34,609 nt of DNA from Malacoraja senta (Eukaryota): the NCBI GenBank assembly GCA_038087875.1, contig JAXLNO010000529.1:434001-468609 (forward strand). The letters are read 5' to 3'. Under the pieces are notes generated by a model. It searched no databases, had not been told where the DNA came from, and saw only the letters and a program-made list of their open reading frames with translations. The stretch's first letter is position 1. Each line of letters opens with the position of its first letter. Shown one piece after another: positions 32,445 through 34,609 of the stretch. A program made the position numbers and the translations under genes.

Positions 32445-33530
32445 CCAGTTTATTCCGCTCCCGTGTGTGTTTATAACATTATTTACCCCAGTTTTACCCC
32501 AGACCGGGTTTAATTTGCTCCCCTGTGTGTTTATAACATTATTTACCTCAGTTTTACCCCAGAACGGGTTTATTCAAGATTCAAGAGAGTTTATTGTCGT
32601 GTGTCCCAGATTGGACAATGAAATTCTTGCTTTGCTTCAGCACAAAAGAATATAGACGGCATGAATACAGAACAGATCAGTGTGTCCATATACCATTGTA
32701 TAAATATATACACACATGTATAAATAAAACAGATAAAGTGCAAATAAACTGATAATGGGCTATTAATATTTAGAGTTTTGTTTGAGTTGAGTTCAATATC
32801 CTGATGGCTGTGAGGCTGTTTGTGTATTTTGTTCCCCTGTGTGTTTATAACATTATTTACCCGAGTTTTACCCCAGACTGGGTTTATTCCACTCCCCTGT
32901 GTGTTTATAACATTATTTACTGTATTATAACATTATTTACTGTCACTGTATGTCATGTTGTTACTTGTGGGCGGAGCACCAAGGCAAATTCCTTGTATGT
33001 GAGTACTTGGCCAATAAACTTCCTTACTTTACCTCAGTTTTACCCCAGACTGGGTTTATTTTGTTCCCCTGTGGGTTTATAACATTATTTACCCCAGACC
33101 GGGTTTATTTTGCTCCCCTGTGTGTTTATAACATTATTTACCCCAGTTTTACCACAGACTGGATGTATTTTGTTCCCCTGTGTGGTTACAACATTATTTA
33201 CCTCAGTTTTACCCCAGACCGGGTTTATTCCGCTCCCCTGTGGGTTTATAACATTATTTACTGTATTATACTGTATTATAACATTATTTACTGTTACTGT
33301 ATGTCATGTTGTTACTTGTGGGCGGAGCACCAAGGCAAATTCCTTGTATGTGAATACTTAGCCAATAAACTTATTTACTTTACCTCAGTTTTACCCCAGA
33401 CTGGGTTTACTTTGTTCCCCTGTGTGTTTATAACATTATTAACCCCAGTTTTACTGGGTTTAATTTGCTCCCCTGTGTGTTTAAAACATTATTTACCCCA
33501 GATTTACCGGGTTTATTCCCCCAGACGTGC
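32445..33530. repeat. 60-bp minisatellite with embedded Rex1-like tails (ZNF intron 1)
   Basis: Same unit and same inserted tails as 14595-15205; internal sub-duplication of about 32860-33100 and 33200-33440. Confidence 0.9.
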
Positions 33531-33819
33531 AGTTTATGTGGTGATTTATTGATTATTTACAGAGAGGGGGGGTTGGGAGCCAGAGAGAGGGAGATGTTTA
33601 TTTATAAGGTGTTTTATCTCAGGACGCTGCTCCAGACGGTGAGTTTATATAATTGACCCCAGTTTGACCAGTTTGATTCCCCCAGACGTGGTTTATGTGG
33701 AGATTGCCCTCAGCTCTCTCTCTCTCTCTCTCTCCCCCCCACACACATGTCCACACACGTGACTGTACCGGCCTGTACTGTACTGTACTGTATGTGGTCA
33801 TTGACCTCACTCACCCATT

Positions 33820-34275
33820 CACTTCTCCCCCACGTGACCCGAACCCGATTACCTCAGGTCCGTCGGCAGCGACGTCACCAACTGACGCTGCTCCGCCCGC
33901 CCGCCGCCATTTTCATGCGGTCGACGGGGAGACTCGGCCCCGGGGGGAGGGGGGGGGGGGGGCGGCCATCTTGGTGAGGGCAGGTGAGGTCGGCGGCCGG
34001 GCGGGCGCGGAGCGGGAACAAGATGAAGATGCACCGCCCTCCCCGCCCGCCCTGCGTCGTGACGTCCGCCCGCCCGCCCTGCGTCGTGATCTTTACCTGA
34101 TCGTCAGCTGCATTCGCGAGGAGCTTCCGGTCGGGTGGCGGACCTCTCATCCACAAAGGCGCTTCCGGCGGGAGGGGGGTGGGCGCTTTAGGGCGGTGCA
34201 CCGGCGCTGGCAGAGCGGGACGGCGAGTGGAGGGCGTCCGGGTGGAGGGCGAAACGCCCACTGTTGGTTCCGGGG
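33820..34275 (-). promoter_or_regulatory. CpG-island promoter and non-coding first exon(s) of the ZNF gene
   Basis: CpG-dense; YY1-type AAAATGGCG and AAGATGGCC on the minus strand, CRE-like TGACGTC, ETS CCGGAAG, GC boxes; minus-strand donors GAG|gtaatc (33853) and CAG|gtaaag (34097). Confidence 0.75.
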
Positions 34276-34299
34276 TTTTATTGTTGTTTTTTTGGTGCA

Positions 34300-34609
34300 T
34301 TGAGGGTGGGGTGGAGAGGAAAAAGGAGGAGGAGGGGGGAGAGAGGGATAGAGGGAGGGAGAGAGGGAGGGAATGAGCGTGAGAGAAAGTTTGGGAGAGT
34401 TTTGAGAACGTTTTGTGAAACATTTGAGATTTTTTTGAGAACGTTTTGAAGGGAGAGAGGGCGAGAAGGAAGAGAGGGAAGAGAGAGAGAGAAAGAGAGG
34501 GAGGGAGGTAGAGAGGGAGGGAATGAGTGTGAGAGAAAGTTTGGGAGAGTTTTGAAAAGTTTTGTGAAACTATTGAGAACGTTTTAGAGGGAGAGAGAGA
34601 GAGAGAGGG
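34300..34609. repeat. GA-rich sequence with a ~150-bp duplicated unit
   Basis: gagagggagggaatgag.gtgagagaaagtttgggagagttttga...gtgaaac at about 34360 and 34510. Confidence 0.75.

Noticed and set aside
32804..33552. Hydrophobic ORFs resembling membrane proteins
   Set aside because: Translations of the 60-bp minisatellite.

Overview
Eukaryotic (vertebrate) genomic DNA, not prokaryotic. The repeat content (CR1-clade LINEs with an SGNH-esterase ORF1, HE1-like V-SINEs, Penelope-type fragments) points to a cartilaginous fish, probably a skate or ray; that is an inference. Most of the window is nested transposable elements: a CR1 LINE with an open ORF2 (1-3437), many truncated CR1 copies, a deleted BEL/Pao LTR retrotransposon (7940-12879), a Gypsy gag-protease relic, a solo LTR, a 2.2 kb non-autonomous DNA transposon with a 5-bp TSD, and ~1 kb non-coding VNTR-bearing retroposons. 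Two host genes are visible: the last two exons of a type I membrane protein (+; TM exon 4625-4732 and tail exon 7840-7907 ending ESHL*), and a 20-finger C2H2 zinc-finger gene without KRAB (-; 28696-30426) with its CpG-island promoter at about 33.8-34.3 kb. The most unusual observation is inside the BEL element. It carries a full-length, CCA-ended tRNA-Asp(GTC) copy between pol and the PPT, has no canonical TGG primer-binding site, and has a 63-bp double-hairpin tandem array where the leader and gag should be. All calls were made by eye; no database searches were run.
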